Source: Macrostomum lignano
Taxonomy: Eukaryota
Direction of reading: 5' to 3'
NCBI GenBank assembly: GCA_002269645.1
Contig: NIVC01003280.1
Span: forward strand, 1 to 64,000
DNA: 64,000 nt
Shown here one piece after another: positions 1 through 14,905 of the stretch (position 1 is its first letter; each line of letters starts with the position of its first letter). The notes under the pieces are model-generated. The model ran no database searches. It was given only the letters and a program-made list of their open reading frames with translations, and was not told the origin of the DNA. Both the position numbers and the translations under genes were made by a program.

Positions 1-235
1 AAAAACACCGTCTATGGTAAAAACACCGCCTATGGTAAAAACAACCGTCTATGGTAAAAACACCGTCTATGGTAAAAAACACCGTCTATGGTAAAAAAAC
101 ACCGTCTATGGTAAAAAACACCGTCTATGGTAAAAAACACGTCTATGGTAAAACACCGTCTATGGTAAAACACCCGCGTCTATGCTAAAAAAACGCGTCT
201 ATTGTCAAAAAACGCGTCTAAATGGTCAAAAACAA
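1..235. repeat. Minisatellite, ~19-21 bp unit AAAAACACCGTCTATGGTA, decaying towards 235
   Basis: About 11 tandem copies visible; array continues off the left edge. Confidence 0.9.
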
Positions 236-617
236 TCGTCTCTAAGGTATATGGCACAGGCAGAGGACTGAATTCAAGACACAAAGGCAGTTGATTCAGA
301 GCTAGAACTCAATCTACAGGATTGGCGCTCCATGGTACTGCAAGAGAATCGCGAAGATCGGCGTGAATGCCATCGCGTTGCCAAGAATGCAGCCTGGTTT
401 GCTCACACACTGCCGGGCTTCCTGATTCTACTGGCTTGGCCCGTGAAAACATGACTGCAAGCAATGACTTGTTCGCTATGTGCATCACAAAATGCGTGAT
501 TCACTTATCAATTGTTTGCTTTCTGTGTCACATAATTGACAATTTTTGTCTAAGGTTCCGAGCTTAGTCTGAATTCAACTGGCTCGATGTAGGTATACGT
601 GTACGGCTTTCATAAAA

Positions 618-830
618 GCGCCCGAGTGGCTGTCCATGGTAAGTGACTGGGGGCCGCATTGTCCCAGCGGCCCAGGCTCGATTCCAAATGCAGTCACATT
701 AATTTGGGGCTAAATTGGAATCTCGGCTTGGCTCTGATCCTGCAATTAACGCCCTTGAGGGCCAACCCCCAAGGCCAGTGAAGTGTACATGCCCAACGAT
801 TAAATAAAGCTAGGGCTGCTGTACACTGCC
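618..830 (+). mobile_element. Possible tRNA-derived SINE head and body
   Basis: A-box-like TGGCTGTCCATGG (~625) and B-box-like GGCTCGATTCC (~675) at tRNA-like spacing, followed by a GC-balanced body. No cloverleaf, TSD or second copy confirmed. Confidence 0.3.
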
Positions 831-1289
831 TGTGTGAGTGTGTGCCTGTGCGTGTGGACTTGCGTACGTATCCGCCGCGTTTTGTGCCTGCTCAGGGGAG
901 TCGGCTGAATGGGCAGCAATGCCTCTCGCCGGTTTGTGTGAGCAATGTCGCCTAAAGTGCGCTAGCCCCCCTGTTCTTGGCCGTTTTACTGTTGCTGAAA
1001 TGGATTTCGCCTGCAGGCTTGCTTCAATGTGTCAATGAGAATGAGCAACAATGAAAATATTGAGACATATTCATAAAATGCTATTTATCGATAATTAGAA
1101 AACCTTTCTGAGTAGTGTGAAAATTATCAATCAATCAACAATATTTATTGTCTGTTCAAAAGCATAAAACAACATAGACAGAGTATGTACTGTATTAAAA
1201 ATTATAAATTTATCGATTAACAAAGCTGGGAAGTAAAATTATTTACCAAGAAGATAATGATAACTCCAGAATCTCACTTTATAACCCGG

Positions 1290-1915
1290 CCCGGAATCTC
1301 ACTCTATGACTCCGGAATCTTACTCTAAGACCCTGGAATCTCACTCTATGACCCTGGAATCTCACTCTGTGACCCTGGAATCTCACTTTATGACCCTGGA
1401 ATCTCACTCTATGACCCTGGAATCTCACTTTATAACAGACCCGGAATCTCACTCTATGACTCCCGTAATTCTTACTCTAAGACCCCTGGAATCTCACTCT
1501 ATGACCCTGGAATCTCACTCTGTCACCCTGGAATCTCACTCTGTGACGCCTGGAATCTCACTTTATGACCCTGGAATCTCACTCTATGACTCGGAATCTC
1601 ACTTTATAACCCCGGAATCTCACTCTATGACTCCGGAATCTCACTCTATGACCCTGGAATCTCACTTTATGACCTCCTGAGGAATCTCACTCTGTGACCC
1701 TGGAATCTCACTGTGACCCTGGAATCTCACTCTGTGACCCTGGAATCTCACTCTATGACCCTGGAATCTCACTCTGTGACCCTGGAATCTCACTGTGACC
1801 CTGGAATCTCACTCTATGACCCTGGAATCTCACTCTATGACCCTGGAATCTCACTGTGACCCTGGAATCTCACTGTGACCCTGGAATCTCACTCTATGAC
1901 CCTGGAATCTCATGC
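1290..1915. repeat. Minisatellite, 21-bp unit GGAATCTCACTCTATGACCCT
   Basis: About 28 copies; source of the LESHSMT ORF at 1306-1680. Confidence 0.95.
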
Positions 1916-2394
1916 AAATCACTTCTATGACTCAGTCTTGTCACATTATAGAAATCTTTGCTAGAAAAAAGTTCTGATAAAATCATAATTCAGAAAGTTC
2001 TGTAATAGCATGACATAATAAGCCGAATAATTAATTAATTACTGAATAAAGTAAATTCTGAAAAATGAAAACTGAAGAGTTCAGCACAGAACAGCACATT
2101 TTTAGTTTATAAAACAATATTGTTCTAAAAAATATAGTCACAGACAAAATAAACAGTATATAAAATGAAACGAAAAATGAATACAAATCGTTAAAACTTG
2201 GATAAATTCTTCATTAAAAAACTTAAGTAGCACACCACTAGTAGTATATGTAGCACACTGTTAGTGAATTTCCTTTTGTAAATGACAAATAAAAAGTTTT
2301 TACTGGAATCAATAGTCAATAATCTGTAGTGAATATTAAGCTGGTGGAAGACAAACTAAAGGAAATGGGGTAGCCTTCTAAGAGGCACCATTTG

Positions 2395-2600
2395 ATTTTT
2401 AAAGGGCGCCATTTTATTTCTAAAGGGCGCCATTTCATTTTAAAGGCGCCATTTCATTTTAAAGGGCCCCATTTCCGTTTAAAGGGCCCCATTTCAGTTT
2501 AAAGGGCCCCATTTCAGTTTAAAGGGCGCCATTTCATTTTAAAGGGCCCCATTTCATTTTTATGGGCTCCATTTCATTCTTAAGGGACCCATTTGTATTT
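2395..2600. repeat. Minisatellite, 20-bp unit AAAGGGCGCCATTTCATTTT
   Basis: About 10 tandem copies. Confidence 0.9.
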
Positions 2601-2725
2601 TTAAGCAGCTTCGTACTAACCGCGGCCAGCTCTGCTTAACCCCCAGCTACGTAGGATGTGGGTATTCCATAGGTAAAAGGCGGGAGTAAATCTGACTTTA
2701 TTTTTCATAAACTAACGCCTCGTCA

Positions 2726-4008
<1,283 letters not shown>

Positions 4009-4119
4009 GAAGAGGGATATTGCTACAGTGAGTGGAAGGAGTGTTGAGTCATTTGTGGCACGGGTAGATGGGGACAGCCTAGAGAAGGCAGGAAGGGTGA
4101 AGCCTAGGGAAAATATAAA

Positions 4120-4462
4120 AGTGACAGCCTAGGGAAGGCATAGAAGTGACAGTCTAGGGAAGGCATTGAAGTGACAGCCTAGGGAAGGCATAGAAGTGAC
4201 AGTCTAGGGAAGGCATAGAAGTGACAGCCTAGGGAAGGCATAGAAGTGACAGCCTAGGGAAGTCATAGAAGTGACAGCCTAGGGAAGGCATAGAAGTGAC
4301 AGCCTAGGGAAGTCATAGAAGTGACAGCCTAGGGAAGGCATAGAAGTGACAGCCTAGGGAAGGCATAGAAGTGACAGTCTAGGGAAGGCATAGAAGTGAC
4401 AGCCTAGGGAAGGCATAGAAGTGACAGCCTAGGGAAGGCATAGAAGTGACAGTCTAGGGAAG
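4120..4462. repeat. Minisatellite, 25-bp unit AGTGACAGCCTAGGGAAGGCATAGA between the RPL7-like and ABI genes
   Basis: About 14 near-identical copies. Confidence 0.95.
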
Positions 4463-4657
4463 AGAGGACTGCTCTAACTTCTTACTAGAAACTATGCTTC
4501 AAACAGATAAAAAATAAACAAAACACTTCATTACGCACAATTTACCAGCCAGTCAACCAACGGGGTTATAGACAATGTCTTACCCAACAAATTATGATGG
4601 TTTATTAAAATAGACAGACTTGCGTCAATGCAATTTAGTACACAGAGCAATATCAAA

Positions 4658-6611
4658 TCAGATCATCTCCCTAAGCAGGCCGTTAATGTACTCGTCTCGA
4701 CTGCAACTAAGCGGCTGCCGCTTCCTAATCAATTCGGCTGACTCTCGTTGCCCTAAATCTGGCCTCGGCCTTGGCCCAGCCGCCTAGCGGTGCTTTCAGC
4801 CGCATCGGAGCCAGATAGCTGGCCGCCTGTACAAATGCCGGGCCGCAGGTGGCCAGCTCGTGCACCAGATCCTCAATGCACAATAGGCCGTATTTGCCCA
4901 GTGCGGCTTCGATAGCGGCATTATCCGTGATGGGAACTGGCCGCTGCTGATTGCCGGCCTCTGATTGGCTGCCGCTGGCCCGGCCGCGCTTGTACACAAG
5001 CTCGCGTACCGAGCGCATATCCGGAGCGCCCCAGGCTACAAACGGATCCAATAGGCGCAGCACAGATAGGCAGGCGGGCGTGGGCTTAGCAAACACGGCT
5101 GTGTTTAGCCGGGTCAGGCGGAACAGGCGCAGAGCTTTCACAATGCGCGGGTCCATGCCGGCCGAGCGGCCCCGACAGCGGACAATCAGGATTGGCCGCT
5201 CAGCTGACGACTGCGGCGCCTCCTCGGCTGCTGTCGGCAGCAGGGTAACCACAGGAGCCATCGGCTCTGCCGCTGCTGGCCTGCGCGCCAGTCGGTTCAA
5301 CCTGTTGGTGTCGCGGTCCTGGAATGAGTTGAACAAACTGACTCGTAGTTGATGGAGAAAGCTCATTACATGACTTCCTGACATTCCCTCCTGACACATC
5401 TGCGAGTAGCTTATCTGACATTCCCTCCTGACACATCTGCGAGTAGCTTATCTGACATTCCCTCTGACCATCTGCGAGTAGCTTATCTGACATTCCCTCT
5501 GACCATCTGCGAGTAGCTTATCTGACATTCCCTCTGATACATCTGCGAGTAGCTTATCTGACATTCCCTCTGATACATCTGCGAGTAGCTTATCTGACAT
5601 TCCCTCTGATACATCTGCGAGTAGCTTATCTGACATTCCCTCTGACACATCTAAGAGTAGCTTATCTGACATTCCCTCTGACACATCTAAGAGTAGCTTA
5701 TCTGACATTCCCTCTGACACATCTGCGAGTAGCTTATCTGACATTCCCTCTGACACATCTAAGAGTAGCTTATCTGACATCCCTCTGACACATCTAAGAG
5801 TAGCTTATCTGACATTCCCTCTGACACATCTAAGAGTAGCTTATCTGACATTCCCTCTGACACATCTGCGAGTAGCTTATCTGACATCCCTCTGATACAT
5901 CTGCGAGTAGCTTATCTGACATCCCTCTGACACATCTGCGAGTAGCTTATCTGACATTCCCTCTGATACATCTGCGAGTAGCTTATCTGACATTCCCTCT
6001 GACACATCTGCGAGTAGCTTATCTGACATTCCATCTGACACACCCAGCTCATCTGACATTCCCACCGACATACCCAGCTCATCTGACATCCCCTCTGACA
6101 CATCTAAGAGTAGCTTATCTGACATTCCCTCTGACACATCTGCGAGTAGCTTATCTGACATTCCATCTGACACACCCAGCTCATCTGACATTCCCACCGA
6201 CATACGCAGCTCATCTGACATTCCATCTGACACACCCAGCTCATCTGACATTCCACCGACATACCCAGCTCATCTGACATTCCCACCGACATACGCAGCT
6301 CATCTGACATTCCATCTGACACACCCAGCTCATCTGACATTCCCACCGACATACCCAGCTCATCTGACATTCCCACCGACATACCCAGCTCATCTGACAT
6401 TCCTTTACCTTCAGCCTGCCCAGTTTCACCAGCCGTTCAACCCTAACAAAAGCTTCTTTGGTCTTCTTAACCCGCTGTCGCCTGGCCAGCCGCCTGTCCG
6501 CCGCCTGCTGCCGAGCCCGCGTCGACCGGGCCTCCATGGCGGCCTTGCGGCGTTTTAACATCGTCTCCTGAACTGTGGCAGAGCGCCCGCGCGTCTCTTG
6601 GTGCCGGCCAT
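4658..6611 (-). CDS. uL30/RPL7-family protein, divergent, possibly the RPL7L1/Rlp7 ribosome-biogenesis paralog; exons ~6611-6409 and 5318-4658
   Basis: Exon 1 ...TVQETMLKRRK...VRVERLVKLGRLK|GTAAAG (donor after 6409); acceptor TTCCAG|GAC at 5318; core LFRLTRLNTAVF, PFVAWGAPDMRSVRELVYKRG, ITDNAAIEAALGKYGLLCIEDLVHEL. The conserved C-terminus RDEYINGLLREMI* (stop 4658) needs a frame change near 4750; ATG 6611 needs a 1-nt correction. AATAAA on minus at 4601-4606. Confidence 0.85.
5376..6402. repeat. Intronic minisatellite (35-36 bp CTGACATTCCCTCTGACACATCTGCGAGTAGCTTAT plus a 21-bp variant) filling the RPL7-like intron
   Basis: Tandem copies occupy nearly all of intron 5319-6408. Confidence 0.95.
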
Positions 6612-7324
6612 TGTCTGTTGTCCCTGGGTGACTATTGTTTGTATCAAGTCGAAATTTAGTCAGCTGATGACTGGCTGCAAACAAAAAACGAATAGCATTG
6701 ATGCAGAAACAGGGGGGGGGGGGTTTGAGGTACTTATTAAATTTGTTAAAATACACTGAATACACTGAATTAAATTTCCCGGCCGGGTACCCTGGTACAA
6801 CGAGGCAATTCTGCCTATTCAACTTATATATAATGTATATATCCCGATATATAATTTATCAGAAACTAATCACAGAAATTAAATATAAAAAAATATAAAA
6901 TAAATATAAGCACTATTATTCTTAGAAATCAACCATTCAAAGTTGCGGCGGTACATAACAATTTCGTATTATTATTCAATATTAACACGCATTTCATTTA
7001 GAAAAAAATAATAATGACTATAAGCAGAGTAGACTTCACTTTTATTCATACATCTATGCAGCTGGATAGGTAGGTAAGCGATTCAGCAATGCTCTTCTAC
7101 TTAACAATGTTGCGTTCAAGAATTGATCATATTGATTTTATAAGTCTATACAAAGGTATATTCCTTAAATATAATTGGAGAAAGCATTGGAAAATAAATT
7201 GGTATTACAGCCGACACCATCTACTTAGCTAGGGGAACAGGGGAGAAAGTGGGTAGACAGAGGATTTAGAAATATACCTGTCTCAGTAGACATGGGGATC
7301 TGGAGACTTGGTAGAAATTGGCAT

Positions 7325-8020
7325 CTAGAGACTCGGTGTGTATCTAGAGACCCGGTAGGGATCTAGAGACTTGGTAGGAATCTAGAGACTCAGTGGGAAT
7401 CTAGAGACTCAGTAGGGATCTAGAGACTCGGTAGCAGATCTAGAGACTGGATAGACAGAGGGATCTAGAGACTCGGTAGGGATCTAGAGACTCGGTATGG
7501 ATCTAGAGACTCGGTAGGGATCTAGAGACTCGGTATGGATCTAGAGACTCGGTATGGATCTAGAGACTCGGTAGGGATCTAGAGACTCGGAAGGGATCTA
7601 GAGACTCGGAAGGGATCTAGAGACTCGGTAGGGATCTAGAGACTCGGTAGGGATCTAGAGACTCGGTAGAGATCTAGAGACTCGGTAGGAATCTAGAGAC
7701 TCAGTAGGGATCTAGAGACTGTAGACATAGGGATCTAGATGGTAGATATAGGGATCTAGAGACTCGATAGACAGAGGGATTTAGAGACTCAGTAGGGATC
7801 TAGAGACTGTAGACATAGGGATATAGATGGTAGATATAGGGATCTAGAGACTCGATAGACAGAGGGATTTAGAGACTCAGTAGGGATCTAGAGACTCGAT
7901 AGGAGATCTAGAGACTCGATAGACAGAGGGATCTAGAGACTCGGTAGGGATCTAGAGACTATGTAGACATAGGGATCTAGATACTCAGTAACTATAGGGA
8001 TCTAGAGACTCGGTAAGGGT
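7325..8020. repeat. Minisatellite, ~19-bp unit GGATCTAGAGACTCGGTAG, probably in the YIPF6 3' UTR
   Basis: About 30 copies between the YIPF6 stop (8156) and a minus-strand AATAAA at 7041-7046. Confidence 0.9.
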
Positions 8021-8155
8021 TCTAGAGAACAAAAAGAAACGACACCCAAACCGTACAGAAGTATTAAAAGCCCATCCAAATAGATAGATCAGGTGAAAAG
8101 GCATCAGAATATAAATTCTTAAACAGTACAAGCCGCAAGAGCCGTAGCCCTGCAG

Positions 8156-11100
8156 TCAGCCAGAATGCGACAGAATCATCCAGCTGATCACAAAATAGAA
8201 CAGGCACACCGGGTACACGGCCAGAGCTTTCCTATTGGGCGGTTGGCTGGATGCCAGAAACGCTGTAGAGGCAAACACGGACCAGGATAGGCCTAGCAGG
8301 ACCAGACAGCAGCGGACAATGAACAGCACCAGACTGCGGCTTGCCAGCAGAATTATTCGGCAACCAATTAGCGATAGAAGCAGAGGCAGTACGCAGTAGC
8401 CAAGTACGCAGATAGCCTGCGGTTTAGAGATGCAGTTGCGTGTGAGACACTGACACTATTAGTGGTATCCTTCCCTGACACTATTAGTGGTATCCTTCCC
8501 TGACACTATTAGTAGTATCCTTCCCTGACACTATTAGTGGTATCCTTCCCTGACACTATTAGTGGTATCCTTCCCTGACACTATTAGTGGTATCCTTCCC
8601 TGACACTATTAGTGGTATCCTTCCCTGACACTATTAGTGGTATCCTTCCCTGACACTATTAGTGGCATCTACCTGACACTGTTAATGGAATCTACCTGAC
8701 ACTATTAGTGGTATCCTTCCCTGACACTATTAGTGGTATCCTTCCCTGACACTATTAGTGGCATCTACCTGACACTGTTAATGGAATCTACCTGACACTA
8801 TTAGTGGTATCCTTCCCTGACACTATTAGTGGCATCTACCTGACACTGTTAATGGAATCTACCTGACACTATTAGTGGTATCCTTCCCTGACACTATTAG
8901 TGGTATCCTTCCCTGACACTATTAGTGGTATCCTTCCCTGACACTATTAGTGGTATCCTTCCCTGACACTATTAGTGGTATCCTTCCCTGACACTATTAG
9001 TGGTATCCTTCCCTGACACTATTAGTGGTATCCTTCCCTGACACTATTAGTGGTATCCTTCCCTGACACTATTAGTGGTATCCTTCCCTGACACTATTAG
9101 TGGCATCTACCTGACACTGTTAATGGAATCTACCTGACACTATTAGTGGTATCCTTCCCTGACACTATTAGTGGCATCTACCTGACACTGTTAATGGAAT
9201 CTACCTGACACTATTAGTGGTATCCTTCCCTGACACTATTAGTGGTATCCTTCCCTGACACTATTAGTGGCATCTACCTGACACTGTTAATGGAATCTAC
9301 CTGACACTATTAGTGGTATCCTTCCCTGACACTATTACTGGCATCTACCTGACACTGTTAATGGAATCTACCTGACACTATTAGTGGTATCCTTCCCTGA
9401 CACTATTAGTGGTATCCTTCCCTGACACTATTAGTGGTATCCTTCCCTGACACTATTAGTGGTATCCTTCCCTGACACTATTAGTGGTTTCCTTCCCTGA
9501 CACTATTAGTGGTTTCCTTCCCTGACACTATTAGTGGTTTCCTTCCCTGACACTATTAGTGGTTTCTTTCCCTGACACTATTAGTGGCATCTACCTGACA
9601 CTGTTAATGGAATCTACCTGACACTATTAGTGGTATCCTTCCCTGACACTATTACTGGCATCTACCTGACACTGTTAATGGAATCTACCTGACACTATTA
9701 GTGGTATCCTTCCCTGACACTATTAGTGGTATCCTTCCCTGACACTATTAGTGGTATCCTTCCCTGACACTATTAGTGGTTTCCTTCCCTGACACTATTA
9801 GTGGTTTCCTTCCCTGACACTATTAGTGGTTTCCTTCCCTGACACTATTAGTGGTTTCTTTCCCTGACACTATTAGTGGCATCTACCTGACACTGTTAAT
9901 GGAATCTACCTGACACTATTAATGACATCTACCTGACACTATTAATGGCATCTACCTGACACTATTAATGGAATCTACCTGACACTATTAGTGGCATCTA
10001 CCTGACACTATTAATGGAATCTAACTGACACTATTAGTGGCATCTACCTGACACTATTAATGGAATCTAACTGACACTGTTAATGGAATCTACCTGACAC
10101 TATTAGTGGCATCTACCTGACACTATTAATGGAATCTAACTGACACTGTTAGTGGCTTCTACCTGACACTATTAGTGGTTTCCTTCCCTGACACTATTAG
10201 TGGTTTCCTTCCCTGACACTATTAGTGGTTTCTTTCCCTGACACTATTAATGGCATCTACCTGACACTGTTAATGGAATCTACCTGACACTATTAATGAC
10301 ATCTACCTGACACTATTAATGGCATCTACCTGACACTATTAATGGAATCTACCTGACACTATTAGTGGCATCTACCTGACACTGTTAATGGAATCTACCT
10401 GACACTATTAGTGGCATCTACCTGACACTATTAATGGAATCTAACTGACACTATTAGTGGCATCTACCTGACACTGTTAATGGAATCTACCTGACACTAT
10501 TAGTGACATCTACCTGACACTATTAATGGAATCTACCTGACACTATTAATGGAATCTACCTGACACTGTTAATGGCATCTACCTGACACTATTACTGGCA
10601 TCTACCTGACACTATTAATGGCATATAACTGACACTATTAATGGTATCTACCTGACACTATTAATGGCATCTACCTGACACTGTTAATGGAATCTATCTG
10701 ACACTATTAGTGGTATCCTTCCCTGACACTATTAGTGGCATCTACCTGACACTGTTAATGGAATCTACCTGACACTATTAGTGGTATCCTTCCCTGACAC
10801 TATTAGTGGTATCCTTCCCTGACACTATTAGTGGTTTCCTTCCCTGACACTATTAGTGGTTTCCTTCCCTGACACTATTAGTGGTTTCTTTCCCTGACAC
10901 TATTAGTGGCATCTACCTGACACTGTTAATGACATCTACCTGACACTATTAATGGCATCTACCTGACACTATTAATGGAATCTACCTGACACTATTAGTG
11001 GTATCCTTCCCTGACACTATTAGTGGTATCCTTCCCTGACACTATTAGTGGTATCCTTCCCTGACACTATTAGTGGTTTCCTTCCCTGACACTATTAGTG

Positions 11101-14100
11101 GTTTCCTTCCCTGACACTATTAGTGGTTTCCTTCCCTGACACTATTAGTGGTTTCCTTCCCTGACACTATTAGTGGTATCCTTCCCTGACACTATTAGTG
11201 GTTTCCTTCCCTGACACTATTAGTGGCATCTACCTGACACTATTAATGACATCTACCTGACACTATTAATGGCATCTACCTGACACTATTAATGGAATCT
11301 ACCTGACACTATTAGTGGCATCTACCTGACACTATTAATGGAATCTAACTGACACTATTAGTGGCATCTACCTGACACTATTAATGGCATCTACCTGACA
11401 CTATTAGTGGCATCTACCTGACACTATTAGTGGCATCTACCTGACACTATTAATGGAATCTACCTGACACTATTAGTGGCATCTACCTGACACTATTAGT
11501 GGCATCTACCTGACACTATTAATGGCATCTACCTGACACTATTAGTGGCATCTACCTGACACTATTAGTGGCATCTACCTGACACTATTAATGGCATCTA
11601 CCTGACACTATTAGTGGCATCTACCTGACACTATTAGTGGCATCTACCTGACACTATTAATGACATCTACCTGACACTGTTAATGGAATCTACCTGACAC
11701 TATTAATGACATCTACCTGACACTATTAATGGCATCTACCTGACACTATTAATGGAATCTACCTGACACTATTAGTGGCATCTACCTGACACTATTAATG
11801 GAATCTAACTGACACTGTTAATGGAATCTACCTGACACTATTAATGGCATCTACCTGACATTCTACCTGATGTCATTAATGGAATCTACCTGACACTGTT
11901 AATGGAATCTACCTGACACTGTTAATGGAATCTACCTGACACTATTAGTGGCATCTACCTGACACTATTAATGGCATCTACCTGACACTATTAATGGAAT
12001 CTAACTGACACTATTAGTGGCATCTACCTGACACTGTTAATGGAATCTACCTGACACTATTAATGACATCTACCTGACACTATTAATGGCATCTACCTGA
12101 CACTATTAATGGAATCTACCTGACACTATTAGTGGCATCTACCTGACACTATTAATGGAATCTACCTGACACTATTAATGACATCTACCTGACACTATTA
12201 ATGGCATCTACCTGACACTATTAATGGAATCTACCTGACACTATTAGTGGCATCTACCTGACACTATTAATGGAATCTACCTGACACTATTAATGACATC
12301 TACCTGACACTATTAATGGCATCTACCTGACACTATTAATGGAATCTACCTGACACTGTTAATGGAATCTACCTGACACTATTAGTGGCATCTACCTGAC
12401 ACTATTAATGGAATCTAACTGACACTATTAGTGGCATCTACCTGACACTATTAATGGAATCTAACTGACACTATTAATGGCATCTACCTGACACTATTAA
12501 TGGAATCTACCTGACACTATTAATGGCATCTACCTGACACTATTAGTGGCATCTACCTGACACTATTAATGGTATCTACCTGACACTATTAATGACATCT
12601 ACCTGACACTACCAACAATACCTACAAGCATATAAAAAGAGTACCAGAGCAAGCTCACCTGAAAGAAAGAAATATCACCGCCAAGAAGCTTGGCATTAAG
12701 CGTGACAGCGCAGGCTCCAACCCAGAACACGATGAACACCTGAGCAAACTGCGGACCTCCGTCGTTTGATCCGGCACTGGAGTGGCCTTGCAACAGGCTG
12801 CAAGTGTGTTTGGCGAACCACAGTTACTAAAGTACTATGATAGTGAAATTTTGTTTGCAGAGGAAAAAACAATAGGATTAAAACTTACGTTGCCAAAAAG
12901 GTGCAAAGGATCAACGGGCCCCAGAGGTCCCCTGGAAATAAAATGGAACATTGATTAATGCAAAATTTTGCATTTTCATTATCATAGATGCAAATTTCTC
13001 GTGTCTCACATCTCGCATTTCATCTCCCGGACGTTACATTAACCCTCAACTGTAGTCTCACATGTTTACCTGGCACCTCAACTAACACCTCCCGTATCTA
13101 CCTGACACCTGAACTGACATCTCCCGTATCTACCTGACACCTGAACTGACATCTCCCGTACCTACCTGACACCTCAACTAACACCTCCCGTATCTACCTG
13201 ACACCTGAACTGACATCTCCCGTATCTACCTGACACCTCAACTAACACCTCCCGTATCTACCTGACACCTGAACTGACATCTCCCGTATCTACCTGACAC
13301 CTCAACTGACATCTCCCGTATCTACCTGGCACCTCAACTAACACCTCCCGTATCTACCTGACACCTGAACTTACATCTCCTGTATCTACCTGACACCTGA
13401 ACTGACACCTCCCGTATCTACCTGACACCTGAACTGACATCTCCCGTATCTACCTGGCACCTGAACTGACATCTCCGGTATCTACCTGACACCTGAACTG
13501 ACATCTCCCGTATCTACTTGACACCTGAACTGACATCTCCCGTATCTACCTGACACCTGAACTGACATCTCCCGTGTCTACCTGACACCTGAACTGACAT
13601 CTCCCGAGTCTACCTGATACCTCAACTACAGTCTCACATGTTTACCTGACACCTCGGCTGACATCTACCGTGTCTACCAGACACATGAACTGACATCTCC
13701 CGTATCTACCTGACACATAAACTGACATCTCCCGAGTCTACCTGATACCTCAACTACAGTCTCACATGTTTACCTGACACCTGAACTGACATCTCCCGTA
13801 TCTACCTGACACCTGAACTGACATCTCCCGTGTCTACCAGACACCTGAACTGACATCTCCCGAGTCTACCTGATACCTCAACTACAGTCTCACATGTTTA
13901 CCTGACACCTCGGCTGACATCTACCGTGTCTACCAGACACATGAACTGACATCTCCCGTATCTACCTGACACATAAACTGACATCTCCCGAGTCTACCTG
14001 ATACCTCAACTACAGTCTCACATGTTTACCTGACACCTGAACTGACATCTCCCGTATCTACCTGACACCTGAACTGACATCTCCCGTGTCTACCAGACAC

Positions 14101-14886
14101 CTGAACTGACATCTCCCGAGTCTACCTGATACCTCAACTACAGTCTCACATGTTTACCTGACACCTCGGCTGACATCTACCGTGTCTACCAGACACATGA
14201 ACTGACATCTCCCGTATCTACCTGACACATAAACTGACATCTCCCGAGTCTACCTGATACCTCAACTACAGTCTCACATGTTTACCTGACACCTGAACTG
14301 ACATCTCCCGTATCTACCTGACACCTCAACTGACATCTCCCGCGTCTGACACCTCAAATGCAGTCTCACATTTTTACCTGACACCTGAACTGACATCTCC
14401 CGTGTCTACCTCACTCCTCAACTAAGATCTCCCGAGTCTACCTGGCACCTGAACTGATATCTCCCGTGTCTACCAGACACATGAACTGACATCTCCCGAG
14501 TCTACCTGGCACCTGAACTGATATCTCCCGTGTCTACCAGACACATGAACTGACATCTCCCGTGTCTACCTGACACCTCAACTGACATCTCCTGTGTCTC
14601 TTAAGTACTTAGCGTTCTACATGAGATATTTACACTAGCCTCTAATTAATATTGTCACTATAAACCACAGCCTACAGCAACAAAAAGAATAAGAATCGAA
14701 AAAAAGCTCACAATCTCTCAGCAGAGATTTGCTCGATCTTGGAATGAACACATGATAGAACTTAACACCAACTGCTTTCACATCTCTCAGTATAGTATCC
14801 TTAACAGGCTCGTCCAGGGTTGATGGATACAAGTTAGAGCCATTCAGTGGCACATTTGGCACATTGCTGGGCCCAGAGTTGGACAT
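8156..14886 (-). CDS. YIPF6: YIP1 family member 6; exons 14886-14712, 12931-12889, 12797-12659, 8416-8156; the original exon extends past a transposon insertion to ~18123
   Basis: STLDEPVKDTILRDVKAVGVKF...LLRD|WDLWGPLILCTFLAT|LLQ...DGGPQFAQVF...LNAKLLGGDISFFQ|AICVLGYCVLP...ASTAFLASSQPPNRKALAVYPVCLFYFVISWMIL. All GT-AG junctions are phase-consistent. The 43-nt and 261-nt exons are absent from the ORF track. Confidence 0.95.
8451..12610. repeat. 4.2-kb intronic minisatellite of interspersed 25-bp (CTGACACTATTAGTGGTATCCTTCC) and 23-bp (CTGACACTATTAGTGGCATCTAC / CTGACACTGTTAATGGAATCTAC) variants
   Basis: Fills YIPF6 intron 8417-12658. Confidence 0.97.
13055..14600. repeat. Intronic minisatellite, ~32-bp unit CTACCTGACACCTGAACTGACATCTCCCGTAT with higher-order variants
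   Basis: Fills YIPF6 intron 12932-14711; shares the CTACCTGACAC core with the 8451-12610 array. Confidence 0.95.
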
Positions 14887-14905
14887 ATCACCTTCTAATG
14901 GTGCC

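Noticed and set aside
8451-12610. Regular repeats as a possible CRISPR array
   Set aside because: No unique spacers, no cas genes, and spliceosomal-intron context; this applies to all arrays in the window
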